Source: Pocillopora damicornis
Lineage: Eukaryota
Direction: 5' to 3'
DNA: 64,000 nucleotides
NCBI RefSeq assembly: GCF_003704095.1
Contig: NW_020846294.1
Location: 372,001-436,000 of the forward strand
Shown here: positions 1-14,700 of the stretch, in pieces
How positions within the stretch are numbered: position 1 is the stretch's first letter
Layout of the letters: every line of letters starts with the position of its first letter
Made by a program: the position numbers and the translations under genes
Notes under the pieces: generated by a model
Told to the model about the DNA's origin: nothing
The model's input: the letters and a program-made list of their open reading frames with translations, nothing else
Database searches by the model: none

Positions 1-539
1 TTCCAAACTATAATGACTGGAAAAAGTCTTGGAACGCTTTGATACTGCTTGGATTTTTTTTCTGATTTATCTTCCCCCCTCTCCCTCATTTCAATGTTGC
101 CTGGTTCTAACAAATAGTCTCAAATTTCTCACAAAATAAGACAAAATTGTTTGGTGGACTTTCAAGTGACGTGTCAGGGATCATTTACAAGATTTCTATT
201 TATCGTGTTATGCGGAGAGTTATCAACCACTTATCTCGTACCCAGATCCTACCGTGTAACTGGAACTGAAATGAAAGGACCTTGCAACCGCTTGGGTGTG
301 GAAGGTATGGGTACGAGAGAAGTCGACTACTTGCCAAGGGGAGGCGTGCCAACTACTTTTGCTCTCGCTGTCACGGTCTTATAATGTCGAAAAAAACTTT
401 TTTTTAATTCTAACCGACGGAACAAACTGTACATGCGTTCTCTTTGCTAATCAGTAAAAGCTTTACTGTTGACTGCGACGGAATTTGCTCTCTCGCAAAG
501 ACGGTAAATTGCGAAGTACTTGCATCAAGCAATACTAAC

Positions 540-3500
540 TTTTTTAAACCGGCCTCTTTAGATGCAAGTGCTTTGTTAAAAAGCCAGCCTTTGAGTTTGC
601 TCTGGGAAACTTGTGCCATCACCTTTAAGGTAAAAAAAATAATTATGGAATCTTTACCATAAAAAAATAGATGTCTCTTCGCCGCTGGCGTCAAGTTTGC
701 GACTCAGTGCAAGAAACAAATTGCAGTTTTTCACGGCGATTTGAAAATAGATTCATTTGGCTGTCGTATACACTCGAATTCATATTGTCCAACAGTTACA
801 GCCATACAGGTTGCTAATAAATCCTATGACTAATTGCAAGCGTGAGAACAGACAGACTCTGCAGATGGAAATAACCACATTGCAAGGGAATAAAACCTAC
901 AGGGATGGGGCTTTTGAACTGCGGGCTCACGGGTTGCGTGAGCATAGGAACTAAAGCAACTAAAGAAACGCACGTGTCCAGAATCAGAAAAGAGAAAGTG
1001 CACGTGCAAATGCAAACATGTGGAAACAAACTGCCTGCTGGTGTTTACAAATTCAAGAGGGAAATTGCGCACGCAGAAGTCTGTCGGGAAATATGAGCGA
1101 ATGGGTACGGATATCCGAGAGAGAACAAGCGCCTGCAACCTCGAACATGCGAGAACCAAGGTGCGTATGTTAGCACAAAAAGTTGAGAGGAAATGCGCGC
1201 ATTCCAGTAAATACATCCGCCGAGGAAGGTACACAAAATAAAACGTACACGCTCTAGTATAGTTACCTTGTCATAAACTCTAGTGAGCAGTCTTGGTACA
1301 GAGGGGAAAATCGTTGGCCTGAAAAGAAAATGTCTTTTGTTTTAAACCTAAATTAAATGATGGCTATATTGAAAATGCTGTGCAAAGCATGGCCGAGTTA
1401 ATGAAGTAAATGCGTATTAGAACTTCACACGTGTAGTGTGCCAAAAGGACGAGACACTTTCGTTCCAGACTCCCCACCCCACCCAGGCAAAGTTTAAATT
1501 CCCCACCCCCGGGGCACCTACAATGGTCAAATGCCCGTGGGTTGCCCGGGGAGGGGGTTTTTGAAGCTTCAAATTGCTTGGCGCATAATCTGATGGTGGC
1601 TCTTAAGCCCGCTCAAGGCGGAATACCCAATTTCACTCCCAAGCCTAGCTTTCAAGGTGTGGACTGGTGAATTTTTGCAGGAAAGTATTCCCGAAACATT
1701 TTTATTGAGGTCAAGTCTCGGGTTGAAATCTTGACCTTCCGCATGGCATCCGGCGCATGAACTAGGCAGATAGTGGTAATAAAGTCCCTCTCACTGATAA
1801 GAGATAAACCGAAAGAACACAAACTTACTTTAGTTCTTGAATATCATCCAGCAGAAGTTTTACGTCACCCCTAAAGAAACCAATTTTCACTCCATTTAAA
1901 AAGCACATTGCCTGCAAGAGATAAAGATGTTGATTTAAAAAGGATGTCAAGCTATCAGGATAAAATCAACTTGTATTATACAATCAGACAAAACGATTGA
2001 GACCAATAATAAAAACTAGCAGGGCCATTCCGTGGAGCTCAACTCTTATTCCATGCAAAAACTTTATCTCAACTTTTGGGAGAAAAAACCTCCTATTTCC
2101 TGCTGAACAGGTGAAAATGACTTACGAGCCAAGGGAGTCATTGTATGGAAGCTCCACTGCTTGCATTTGGAGCTCCACTGCCTCGTTCATTAAGCGATGA
2201 AAGATCCGTTAGTCAAGCACGCCATATGTAGAGTTTGAGATGTGAAAATTTTAAGCGTCAGTAGTGTTCGCATGTCAAAAATCAGTGCTCCATAGTTAAC
2301 TGGTTCCCAGTGTAACCATAAAGCATATTTCTTGACACTTTGCTTGCTTGTCACTAAAACGTAATATAAAAAGGCACTTTTGATAGCCCTTGTTTGCGCA
2401 AGCGTACCTGAGCCAGTCGCTCATACACGTGAGCCAGTGGAAGATAGGAGATCATACAGTCTCCTTCTATCATCTGGAGACCAGATTCCTGTTCAAAAAT
2501 AAAATCAAAGAGTTTTGTCCTTAAGGTTCGAGCTGTAGACGTTGACTGTGACATATATTTTTCTGACTCCGGTTTTTGAAGGATAGATAACGCTATCCAG
2601 TGGATAAATCTCTTTCCATTGGATAACGCAGTACGTTTTGTTCACACTTATCTGCTGGATAGCGATTTATTCGGTGGATAGTACTATCCGCCCTCGGGCA
2701 ACTGGGCCCAGGAGAATTAAGCCCCAGAAACTTTGCGGAAAACCCCAGAGAAAAATAAAAAAATTTTCATAGTCTGTAAAAAGGAATCAAAAATAGTTAA
2801 GACAAGACATGATGTTTGATTGCGTTATTACATCTGATCGAATCCTTTGGTACGCTTCGAGGGCATACAAGGTAACTTTATTGGAGCCATGCTTCGTATT
2901 TTAGATAACGTGGAAAGTGTGATGTTTTCGGCCTTTTTTAACGGAAGAGTTGAAATCAGGTTACCGGAAATGAGAACTAAGAGAACCATGTGAAACTAGC
3001 CAAGAACGTATTTGCACCCTCCCACCCCCTCTCTCACCTCCCCACCCTTCACCCCTTCTTCTCCTCTCTTCAACGCTGAATCTATTATGAAAGGTAACTT
3101 CAATTTTGCTGACACAAACCTCATAATGGACTTGAATTCCTGCGACCCCAGCATTTACATTTCCATGACTTAACATGGCACCCTTCGGCGTACCTGTTTA
3201 TCAAAGAACAAAAGAAAAAGGGACAAAAACGGTGGAAATACGAAACATAGAAGCAAGTACTCATAAAGTCACGAAAAACACACACATACCCGTTGTTCCA
3301 CTTGTATAGCAGACAGTCATGGTGTCCTCAGGTCTCCCAGGCTGAAAGAGTGAAAGAACCATATCGCAATTCGTTTTTGCTATAATATTGTTTGTTGGTG
3401 AATTTGAGCAACTTCATATAAACATAACAACTTTCGAACAAGCTCTTTCTTGCGCTAAAGAAAAAGCTTCAACAACACCAGACACACTTGCAAGAACCTA

Positions 3501-6500
3501 TCAAGTCGAGTACACTAGACTAGGTGATGTGACGATTCGAACGCTTTTTAATATCAGTCTCTTCTGAAAAAATTTATTCTACACGTCTCTTCCTTGTCAT
3601 GCGACTCTGGAGGGTGACCCTCCAATCCAACCAGGCACTTCTCGACACTATGCTAGTTTCTACGTCAGCACTTCTTTTCATACCATATCCATGCCTCTTC
3701 TTTGGCATAAAAATTTAATATGATGACGTATTTACATATCAAGTAAATGGGCAAAAAAACGACTGCCTAATATGCATTTAAATTCTGGTGGTTTTGCTTA
3801 TTAAACTTTTACCTCAGTTCTTACCTTTCTCTCTTGAGGATTGTTAGAACCCATTTGCTGAAAAAGGAAAAATATGAAAACATGATTTTAAAGAATTTCG
3901 ATTGAAGAACATCTGAACCAACCACGACACACAAGTTGTCAGCCGTTGTCCGACTGATCACCGCTGGGCCTAAGCGCGTCAGTGTTTTGGAGTGATAATA
4001 AAGTACTATTTCCACCCTAGCGTTACGAGCCAATACAAAATCTTAAAATGAATGGATTTTAGTAACAGTGCACTCACAAAGTGAGTGGAAGTCAAATTCA
4101 GGATTTTTCTGTTTTCAGGGTTTGTGGAAAAAAAGAAAATCGGAGAAAGCGGGGCTTTAGGCTCGTGACACATTTGGCGATTTTATCAGCCGATCGCAGT
4201 GAATTTGGTCGCGGGCGAAAATCACCGATATCTGATATGCCAGACATCAGTGATTTCATTCGCTGATCGCGGCGACCGCGATCGGTGTTAATTGAAATCG
4301 CTGCACTAGGCACATCAAGCGACTTTCCNNNNNNNNNNNNNNNNNNNNNNNNNNNNNNNNNNNNNNNNNNNNNNNNNNNNNNNNNNNNNNNNNNNNNNNN
4401 NNNNNNNNNNNNNNNNNNNNNNNNNCCCCCCCCCCCACCGTGATAAATAAAGACTTGTCCCTTTGTAATTAGTCTCTCACCTCTACTTCCACGATATATA
4501 ACAAAGAAATTCCAAGGGAATCAGCTTCTTTTTTCTCTTCCTCTGTTACAGGCTTGTCCATCTTAACGATCCTTTTTACCTTCTCACATTCTTTGGCATT
4601 GTCGAAAATGAATCGCAACTTATTACCGTTGCAAATAATCGTCTCTATATCCGCTGAAATAGTTGAATGACACTTCATTAAACAATTAGAGCACAAATTT
4701 TCCAGTGATTTTTTTTTTTTTGCATTCTGTTACACTTAACGGATGATGTGGGAAAAAAATTAACCCCCTATGCCTCATTACTAGTTCTCCAAACTGTCTG
4801 CCATACAATTCTTATGACGTTACTTCGGAGAATGTGGTGTCAGTTGGATCAACCAATAACCCCCCAATTGATAGTCCTCTTTATTCTTATCACTTGCGTG
4901 CCAGAAGTTGTATCGATATTGTAATGAGAAATTCTGTCTTGGTAACTCATGGCCATAGCTACGTCAAGCCCAACACATTAAAAGTATCTTTCAGCTGATA
5001 TTCAAGAATGTTCTTCATTTGTATGGAAAAAGCCAAAGGAACAAGTACGTTTTATCCAAAAACAATGAAGTGAGACAAGGATACCCATTACACGCAAATT
5101 AAACTTTTACCCGCTAAAACCTTGATTCTATTATTTGCGACCACAAACTTGCACACCAAGATTGCGTATTTCACTATGGGACACCGAGCCAGCGGGACGA
5201 AGAAGACGGCGCATTAAGTTTGCTTAAGTGGCAGATGCCGTTCCATTTTATTCCCTAAAGAAAACAAAACCGGGTTTCCCTCAAAATTAGAGAGTGCCCT
5301 ATGTTTTCCGTCTCTGATCAGAACTGTGGTTACAAATGTGTGATCCACTCCCTCTCAGTCCCATCATTAATAATTTGATAGAAATCTTACCATGGTTAAG
5401 GATATAAACGCAGCCTTCTGGTCCATGTGTATCGTAAATTGGCACAGAAATCATGGAATACATCTGACAAGCCAAGTCTGCTAAGTCCCACTGAAAATAT
5501 TAAAAGATGCCAGGTACGGATTTTTACCCCGGATTATTCATACAGATCTATTGACTGAGTTTAGTTTTATTACAACTGACTGATTGTCAGACTGGCTGAC
5601 TCACAAGCTGACTGACTGATTGACCGATGGTCTGACTGACAGACTCATATAGTGACAGACTGACAGACTGACTGACTGGCGGACTGATTATCAGATTGAC
5701 TGATCTGAACTGATAGACTAACAGAGATAACACGACCATTGATAACGTGTTTCAACCACAGCCCGCATGGACAGACCAACCAGCCGACTAACTAGTTGAC
5801 CCCCCGCCTAACCCTCCTCTCCCTCTAGATCCGCCACTGGCCGGAACTTTGGAGAAAGCAGTTTGGGGGTCCGTTGTAAGTGGGGTTTTTGCAAACCCCA
5901 GTAACCCACCCGATCACTATTAAAATGATTATCACACGTACGCTTACCTCAACACAATTAGGACCATAGATTCCAACAAATGTATTTTGAGAAGGTTCAC
6001 AACCAAGATGTACCAAGCCTGAACCAAAGTTAGTGGCGCGGTCGTTTACCTGTCAAAAGCAGTAAAAAAAAAAAAAAGCACGCACATAGATGAGAACACA
6101 AAGCAAGTTCAAGGTACTTATTGAGCTCAGAGGTTCAAATTGTTTGAACCTGGCTCACTGTCTTGATTGCTAAAGGAGTTACATCTCAGTTCACGCATCT
6201 TACAATACTCTCGGCAGAGGTATTTTCTAGACACCAGGTTATTTTTACATCTTCTTCGGTTTGAGATTGCAAAGAGCCATCTAACCGTTCAAAACATTTT
6301 CTTCAAAACTGCCATTTTAATACCTGGCTGAACACGCAAAACAACGACAACATGAAGGGGAAGGGATTATGTAACGCAATCTTTCTTCCACGACTTTATC
6401 GGAAAGGCGTGACGAGCTTCAACCCAAAGCTTCCTGCACTAGAACCGTTCTCGACCCTTTAAGTCCCACTAGTGACCAAAACAGAATTTCTCCTTACTCT

Positions 6501-8736
6501 AATAGTACAATATCAAGCAGAAATGAAACGAGAATAAAGACAAATATCAATTAGGGGATTACAAGTTGATCCAATTCCAAATCCTCCAAACTAATATCAC
6601 AAGAACTGTGTGGCAGACAGTAAGGAGAATTACTAATGAGATCTTGGGAGTTAAAGGGTTAACTCATTACCTCTTTATATGTGATCCACTGATACTTGTT
6701 ATCAGGTCCCCCTCTTGTTCCCAAACATGGCTGATCGCCTGTGCGAAACGAACTTGCATGTTAGAATTACAAAAATTCAGCTGGAAACAAATTCTCCGCG
6801 ACGGAAACTCGCAGGGGCATGGGAACTATTTGGGAGTGCGGGGCACTGGGCTTATCGTTTGGGTGTACAGCCCGCGAAAATGAAGACCGCAAAATTATTT
6901 ACTGCAAATGCGTTTACAACTTTAACCCATATCACTTTATCCGGCATTAAACGCCGCAGCCTTTATAATACTGTATTTTTTGTGGTTTAAGCAATGCAGT
7001 CTTTTCCTGTGACAGATTGAATGATGTGAAACCAGAAGAGCCATTGTTTCCAGTTTGAGTTGAAACTCGGATTGTTTTTTTTTGATTTTTTTTTTTAAGA
7101 GAGAGAAAAACCCCGGAACCAGGAAGAAAACTAACTCTCTACCTTTTACATCCTTACATCAGAATCCATATTCTCTAAACTCGTCTCTATACATTTCCTT
7201 TGGTACTGACACGGAGAATTCGTTTAACAATCAAAGCTTCTTAAGTAGGCGATCATTTCCTATCTTCTCAAGAACTTAATGTTAGATTCAGAGGTGAAAC
7301 TATGTGGAGAAATTAGATGCTGGTCACTTTTAAGGGTTAAAGGATTAAAGTGGCAAGAAAGAGACAACAAACAAACAAACAACAAAATCAGCCAAAAAGA
7401 CATTAGACTCGGAAATAGTGAGTTGGTGGGGGAGGGGGGGGTGCGTGCAATGAAGGAGGGACGAGTGCTCTCTCCACCTCGCAATCTCTCATTCTATTTC
7501 TTGTAACGAAGTGCTCACCTGAGTTTTGAACAGTTCGAAGGAAGCCTTCATACGGGGTTGTAACGCCATCAAAAAATGTTGTAATCAGCTCCTTTCTTAA
7601 AGCATTTCGTCTGGCTCCGTCGTCTACACCCCCCTGAAAACGTTTAACCAGTAAAAGAGAATTTTACATTTACGTTTAGTTTTTGAGGGGAGAGGGAGCC
7701 GGTATCGAAGATAATCGTAGAATTTGGGGGTGGGGGTGGGGACGGGGGCTGTGGATGCTTTTAAGTATTAAAATAGTTTCTCCGTTGTGCCCTTGGTACT
7801 ATATTGAATTTTATTCGCTTAGAAACCGTAAAAAGCATTAAGGTGATAATTTCGTCTCCAAGCGAATCAAACAAGTCTAGTCACGGATCAAAAATTTCAT
7901 TACGGCCAATTTTCAGTAATGAATTCATTTCGCATTGTTTTTCAGTTTCAAAGTTCGCGGGAGGTGTGAAAACAAACAAGTTTTTCAGAAACTTTGAAAA
8001 CGCGATGAGTTCTACTTTTTAGGGGAACATGGTCGACTACGTCAAGTTAACATACAAGTTAGATTACACGGACTAACCCCAATGTCGTTGCATAATTTTG
8101 TGTCAATAACAAGCGATTCATAACCAGATATTGAGGTCAAATTAGAAACCTCTCAAAACAAGCTGTTGTAAGAATCCAAGTTGCTCTTAAGAATTTACAT
8201 AGCTGAAATATTTAGCCTGTTTCAAAGTCACAACCTCATAAGGAAAATTATTGTTGTAAGGCTGCATTTACAAAACATTCGCCTTACGGCAGAATCCAAT
8301 TTAAAAACCAAAACGAATTTCTACGACTAGTAAAACGAAAGCTTCCAGTCTTTGCGTTTTGTAGGAACATCACATTTTGCATAGAAATTTCAACGAAGCG
8401 TCCCTTGCAGCACTACACCGTATTGGAAACTCTGACATGGTACTACCTACTTCAAGTGCCTGAAATCGTTTTACTTTCGTCCTAAAACAAACATTAGTGG
8501 GTACAGGCTTATTCAAAATTCTAAATAATCGCAATATTTGCTTATCGTCAAAAGCGATCTTAGTTTTACAACGCGCCATGGCATGAGCTCTTTCATTATT
8601 ACATGATCAACAAAGTCAACTTTAAATTTGCAACAAATTTGTTTGTTTTTCCTCTCCTACATAACTTAAGTAAGAAAAATAAATAATTTGGTCAACTCAC
8701 CTCAACTTTTACGGATTGGTTTTCCAAGTCCATCAT
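540..8736 (-). CDS. ACSL: Long-chain-fatty-acid--CoA ligase (ACSL1/5/6 family), 5' part; gene continues beyond the left edge
   Basis: Frame-consistent GT-AG exons on minus: 8701-8736 (MMDLENQSVKVE), 7519-7633, 6671-6738 (PCLGTR..YQWITYKE), 5948-6049, 5391-5490 (SVPIYDTHG), 4481-4653, 3825-3857, 3290-3341 and 3120-3193 (AMP-binding motif CYTSGTTGTPKGAMLSH), 2408-2488 (ISYLPLAHVYER), 1829-1911 (GFFRGDVKLLLDDIQELK), 1267-1318 (PTIFPSVPRLLTRVYDK), 540-622. The start codon is uncertain because an acceptor lies just upstream of 8736. Paralogue not resolvable. Confidence 0.92.
2563..2711. repeat. Palindromic MITE-like repeat (ggataacgctatcc type)
   Basis: Imperfect palindrome with repeated ggata/tatcc; partial relatives at about 12850-12935 and 44293-44350. 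Confidence 0.6.
5574..5722. repeat. Degenerate (ACTG)n microsatellite
   Basis: Repeated gact/ctga units in an ACSL intron. Confidence 0.85.
6451..6662 (+). mobile_element. piggyBac-like MITE, family A
   Basis: Colinear with 43928-44140; ends 8 bp from ACSL exon 6671-6738. Confidence 0.75.
7138..7348 (+). mobile_element. piggyBac-like MITE, family B
   Basis: Colinear with 12356-12578 (ctctatacatttcct, aacaatcaa, gaaattagatgc). Confidence 0.7.
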
Positions 8737-9587
8737 GGACACCTATAGTTGTTTGTCAGTTTACAAGTGAAACAAATTTAGAATGTAAATGACGCCTGTA
8801 TCTGGTTTTGTTAATTAAGCATAATGCATTGTTTGGTGGAGCATGACAAATCTATTATGTTGGCCCCAACAACAAAACGATAACGTGGAAATACTCCAGC
8901 AACGGAAAAAAAGATATTTTTTTGCCCTTTTGAAAAAAAAAAAAAATCCAAATTGCGAGTAAATAATAAAATGGTGTAAAAAATAATAATCTTGATACCT
9001 CCGAAACCCAAAGAGTCGTGAAAAACTATGTAAAAGCACAATCGAGATCAAAAGCAATCCTCCATAAAGCTTGAGGCATTACAGAAATTTGCACGGCTAT
9101 TGGCGCATACGAAATATTTCTTCCACAATCGGTTTGTGAAATGAAACTATTTTCTTAGAGAAATTACAACAAAATAGAGATTAGCAGTATCCAATAGTCA
9201 GTGTTGTTTTCCTCCTAAACAAAGAACCTCTTAAAATATTACGATGTTCCGTTCAAACCATGCACGAATATGACGTACAACTTCAATTGAGTACAATATC
9301 ACGCAATGAAGTGTATCAGATAATAATTTGCCTCAAAATAAATGTTTTTCTGTTTTGTGTGCCAAAAGTGTTGCAATATATGGTGGAGATGGTGGGGAGA
9401 TAGTGTTTAAGAAGTCTTTACATACGCTAAACCCTTGTTTCACGAGAAAACTTATTAAAAATTGGGTTTTATGATCGTGAGTAGAGAAGATAATCCAAAA
9501 TCAATTACGTCGTGGAAGCGGAACTTCAGTTAAAGCCGGTCATCGGCGGTTTAACGCCTATCACGAAACTGTCTGTTCAGCCCGCTC

Positions 9588-9690
9588 GCAGGCTCTCGTG
9601 TTTCTGTTTGGCCTTATGACCCCTCTTCCGAGCACAGCAGACTATTACACCATCGGCAGCCGCGTATGAAAAAAGTTCTTGAAACCCTTG
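9588..9690 (+). repeat. Dispersed repeat shared with about 18401-18502
   Basis: Both contain cagcagactattacacc.tcgg.agccgc..aaagtt.ttgaaa. Confidence 0.55.
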
Positions 9691-11797
9691 ACTGGGAGGG
9701 TTACGCCCTAACATTAGCAAGAATATTTTCATTACTGTCCGTATACATTTCCTAAGGTATTGACTTGGATAATTTGTTCAACACTTAAAGAGTTTCTCTG
9801 GTCAGCGATTACCTCCTTTATCCCCAGGATCAGGACCTTTATGTTAAAACAGGCAGTGGTTATGAGATCCTAGCAGCCCTTCCTGATTAGGGGTTAACCA
9901 CCTCTATCCGCCTCTTTCCACAAAAATTGAAAACATCGAAAACCACAGTTAATCCCGAACACCATTCGTTGCATGCCATGTTTGCAGTATTACAACCGGA
10001 TGCTGTTGGAATTTCTATTGGAATTCAAATATCGACGTAACGGAAAAATAAAGAAAACTAAATTCCGAGTCATGTGTCAAATCTTTTTGAAAAAGCCCAT
10101 GGCTAAACCCTAATTTATCATGTAACACAAAACTTTGGTATGCCTGTAGTCGCTTATGGGTTAGACTTTTTATCGTTAAGTTTCCTTGCAATAAGCTCTC
10201 TCTTCTCCAAACCTTCACACCGTATCATATATAAGATCAGTATGTAGATTATCCATACTATTTTCTATAAATTTCTTAAGGTGCTGACAGGGAAAATTAG
10301 TATTCTGATGGCGCGTTGAAGAGGTTTGCGTGGCATCATGAAAGTTTCGGATAATTTAAGCGTTTCGCGGGAAAATTAAGTTATTCTAGGTCGGTAAGTC
10401 TTATGTTTGACCACTTTCCTTTTTGTATTTGTTGTAATTTTGGTATTCCAACTCCCTGTAAAATATCATTACATCATTGATTTTTCTTTGTGATTAGTAG
10501 TGCAACCAGGTCAGTTTCCCCTTTCCTCAGGGTATTGTCCTGCTGTATTCGATGAGGATTACGATTCCACACATTTTTTGGCAACATCTAAAGAGTGGTT
10601 TTTTAGAGGTTTTTCGCATCTGGCGTAGGACAGGTTCGTTTTGTTGACTCTTAGTTTTAGGGTGCACGTATTAAGATTGTATCAGGATGCGTATACTAGA
10701 AGACTGACTGACTCATTCCAAATAAACTTTTCACATTGAATGTCTCGTGTAAGGGTATTCAGAATAAGATAGGAGATGAAACCTCTTCCAATAATTCGTT
10801 TTCGCTTGACAGAGAGGGGGAACTGAGAAGGCCATGGAAAAATGTTTCTCTCTTTGTCTCTTTTAGAGGGTGGGGGACTCAGCTTGCTGTGCATTTTAAA
10901 TACGTCATGGATCGTCCATATTTGCAAGACACTGTCCTCGATTGCGAAAATCATTTAAATAAATTTTGTTCTGCATTACTCAAAAATGAAAAAGTTATAA
11001 CATTTTTAGTACTGATTTTGCTGGTTGAGCAACAGTTATACTTTGGGTTTTTTTATGCATAAAGCTTAGAGCATACAAAAGACAGACATTACCCGACCAG
11101 GTTCTATGTTTCACATAATAAGGGGCTTGAATCCACTTTGACGGGATATGGCGGCCACCATACCCGCACGACACGCAACACATTTCCTTGTAAACTTGAT
11201 GCACAAAAAAGTTTAGTCTTAATGGTCTCCAGATCTTTTTTGGCATATCATACATACTTAATTTTCGAGCCGTCTGCCATAAAAATCATCTAAAACAATT
11301 TATGAAAGCTTTGGGCATTCGCCATAACTGCTGCAGTTATTTCCCGCCAGTGGACTTACCCCTAGTCCTCTCAGGCCATCTGCCTAATAGGCTGAAAGAA
11401 GACTGGAGGCGATTCAAACAAAATGGCGGCCGGATTGTTGATAAGTGGTGCTCGTCAAAATATTCCTCAAAAAGAGGATTATTAACGCTTTTCTGGAAAA
11501 AAGATCGGATCGATTGAGAACTTCTTTATCATTGTATTAAGTGGAAATAGTTTATTGCATCAGTCAGATAACGCATAAGTGGATTTTCATCGTCTGTTTC
11601 TCACCGTGTACAAAATATAGCATCCTAAGACTTCGTAGTATTTTTGGCTTAGATATTACCATGGGGATCAACTATCGAGGCGCTTAATGTGGGGATCAGA
11701 GAAGTAAAATCCTGATTGCCAAGGATAACTGGTTGTTATTGACACTTATATTATCATCGAAAGAGCCCATCTTTGGAGTGTACGCCGTGGGTCAAAT

Positions 11798-14700
11798 ATG
11801 TCTGACACTGTCATCTCATTAACGGCTTCTCTTGTGCGGGAGTATCTTAGCCGAAAGGTAAGCTTTGGTTTTTTCTTAGTTTTGAAAAAAAAACTGAAAG
11901 AGTTTAAATTTCACGTCCTTCATTCATCGCGATAAGATGGCGATGAAATGATTAAGCTCGAGGTCTTTCGATGCACCGAACTCAAGCCAAGGTGTCGCGT
12001 TCTAGACGATTATAAATAATAGATTTACAGGTATATGATTTAAAATAACGATCCATTTGTGCTTGTGTATTTTGTTGCCATTTATATGAATCAACGTTTC
12101 TTGTAAGCCCAATATTTCAAGACTTTTCTTTCTATTTTTCTTATGTAAGTTACTAAAGCTATGAAACAATATAATTACCTTGCGTGACGAAATCTACATT
12201 TAAGAAAAATCGTTTGCAAAAGATACATTTTGTAATCCAGAAAACCTGCTAACTAGTATCCCATATATAGTAATGTGCTTAAGTGATGATCATTTTCCTC
12301 TCTTTGAAAACTTCATGGATAGAGGCTGGTCTTCATTGCCAGATATAATTTTCCCTTAACCCTTTACACCCTAATATCAGTATGCATATTCTCCATACTG
12401 TTCTCTATACATTTCTTAGTGTGCCGACAAGGAGAGTTTGTTTGACAATCAAGAGCTGTTTTAGTTGGTGAATTCACAATTCCCTTTATTTTTGTGACCT
12501 CAATGTGTATGTTCAGGGGGTGCCAATATTGTAAAGGAGAAATTAGATGCTACTCCCTCTAAGGGGTCAAAGAGTTAAACAAGGGGGGAGGGGGGGGCAA
12601 ATGGTAACCTCTAACAACAAAAATTACTGTTTACTATTTATAATGATAATTCTAAAACCAGTTTTGTTCAATATTTTGTTCATTGTTTTGATGTTCTTAA
12701 TATAATTATTATAGGGATTAAAGAACACACTGCAAACCTTGGATAAGGAGATGCCCAGGACTGATTATAGGTATGGAAATTTAATGTTTAACTTATCGTT
12801 TCTTGTAAAACCCTGGAATATCAGTTGATTATGCAGTCTTATCTTTGAGGCCTGGGTTATTCAAAGGGCTACTAATGCTACCAGATAATTGAATGGATAA
12901 ATCCCTGTCCAGCAGATAAACGGCTATCTAGCAGGAGTGTTAACCCTTTAACTGCCAAGATCTGATTGTTAATTCTTCCCTTTAGCTGCATTTTTTTGTG
13001 TCGGTTGAGTGTTCTAAGTCAAGTTCAAGAAAACCTATTGGTTAGTTTTGCTGGGAAATTATCACCTGTGAAAATTAAGGATTGTTAATGTTGATTGTGA
13101 TGGGTCAGTTTTGATCCCTTAGTAAATTTAGGTCAGTTTGTTCCTGTAAACTGTACAGTATTGAAGTATGACAATGATTCAAATTTGATGAATTTTGCAA
13201 GTTTTAACTGTACATTTAAAGTATTAATTTAATTTTTTTTATCGCAATGCTCTAATTTACTTTGTTTTTCTCCTAGTATCAGCAACCGCATTCAACTTGC
13301 AAAAGAAATGCACATTGAAAAGCTCATGAAAAAGAACAAGGTATGATTGTTCAATTTTTTCAGTTGATGTTGAATTTATCATTTTCTTTATTGCCAGTGG
13401 AAGGGGGACAATCTTTGGGTATTTTTTAGGCAAAATACATTGTACTTTCCCATACATGATGTGATTAGTCAGCTTAAAGAAAAGCAAAACCAATGAAAGT
13501 GATGTTAATTGTTACTTAAATTCAATATTATGGCTGATTTTGACAGTTGTGAAGCTTGTGGTCTTGATTAGTAAATCATGTAATTATGAATTATGTTCAA
13601 TTTATATAGTTACCAAATGACACTCTTATTGGCCCAAAGTATTTCTTTTAGTTTAAGANNNNNNNNNNNNNNNNNNNNNNNNNNNNNNNNNNNNNNNNNN
13701 NNNNNNNNNNNNNNNNNNNNNNNNNNNNNNNNNNNNNNNNNNNNNNNNNNNNNNNNNNNNNNNNNNNNNNNNNNNNNNNNNNNNNNNNNNNNNNNNNNNN
13801 NNNNNNTTGTCATCATTGTGTCTTATTTTCTGTAGGAGCTTCCTGAACCATTTCGAACCATGTTGGAAGTCATGGTTAAGTGTATCAAAGAACAGGGGGG
13901 GTTGAGTTCCTCATTGTCTGTTGGAGCTGAAAAAGTACATGAAAGACCCAGATCATCAAGGTATTTAATTCTTAACATGAAATGCATAAAACTCCCATCT
14001 CAAAGAAAGAAGCCTGGTGGAACAAATCATTCTTAAGTTATCAAAATAAGGTTAAAGCAAAAATTTGTGGTCATAAATGGGAATGAAGCATTTATTGTGA
14101 GAAAAATTGAAGACTATTTTTTAGAAATCTCTTTGTGTTGCCATGCTGGATCGTATGATGTGTTATGGTTGCCACTATTAAGACATAATCTCCTCTACAC
14201 TGATGACACAGCACCACAGTTTCTTTTAAATTAGAAACTTGCCTCTTTATTCTTCTAAGGACTACTCTCAGTTGTTCATTCAAATTTTGTTTTCATTTTT
14301 AGGGAAGCCAGAAAAGATTCAAGAAACAAAACAGTGGCGCAGCCATCAAACAGTGATATTCTGAATCAAAGTGACAAACTTGATGATGAGGATGACAGAA
14401 AAGATTATGACAATCTCTTGAAACGGCTGGAAAAACCAGCCCGAAACTCTCCAACTACTAAACCAAGCTTGCTAACCAATGATTTAAGGACAAAAGTGAA
14501 TTCTAATCAATCATACAGCATGGAAGGGAGTGCAAATTCACCTGTTTCAACAGGTTCTAGTGGTTTCTCAGAACCCTCAATGACTACACCCACAATGTCA
14601 AGTGATCCAAAGGCAAAACTCAAGAGTAAAAGGAGGCCTCATGCCACAGGAGGACCAGTGATTAGCTCAGGTTTAGCGGGTAAAAGAGACTTGAGGCTGC

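Noticed and set aside
1-26. Possible next ACSL exon after a tttttccag acceptor on minus
   Set aside because: The translation does not resemble the expected continuation; it looks like repeat-derived sequence.
757-1241. Six overlapping ORFs of 63-134 aa on both strands
   Set aside because: They lie in an ACSL intron and have no recognisable motifs; probably a GC-richer repeat fragment whose ends I could not define.
4066-4310. CpG-rich segment with possible cagtgca/tgcactag ends (Transib or hAT-like)
   Set aside because: Terminal match is too short, there is no clear TSD, and it abuts an assembly gap.
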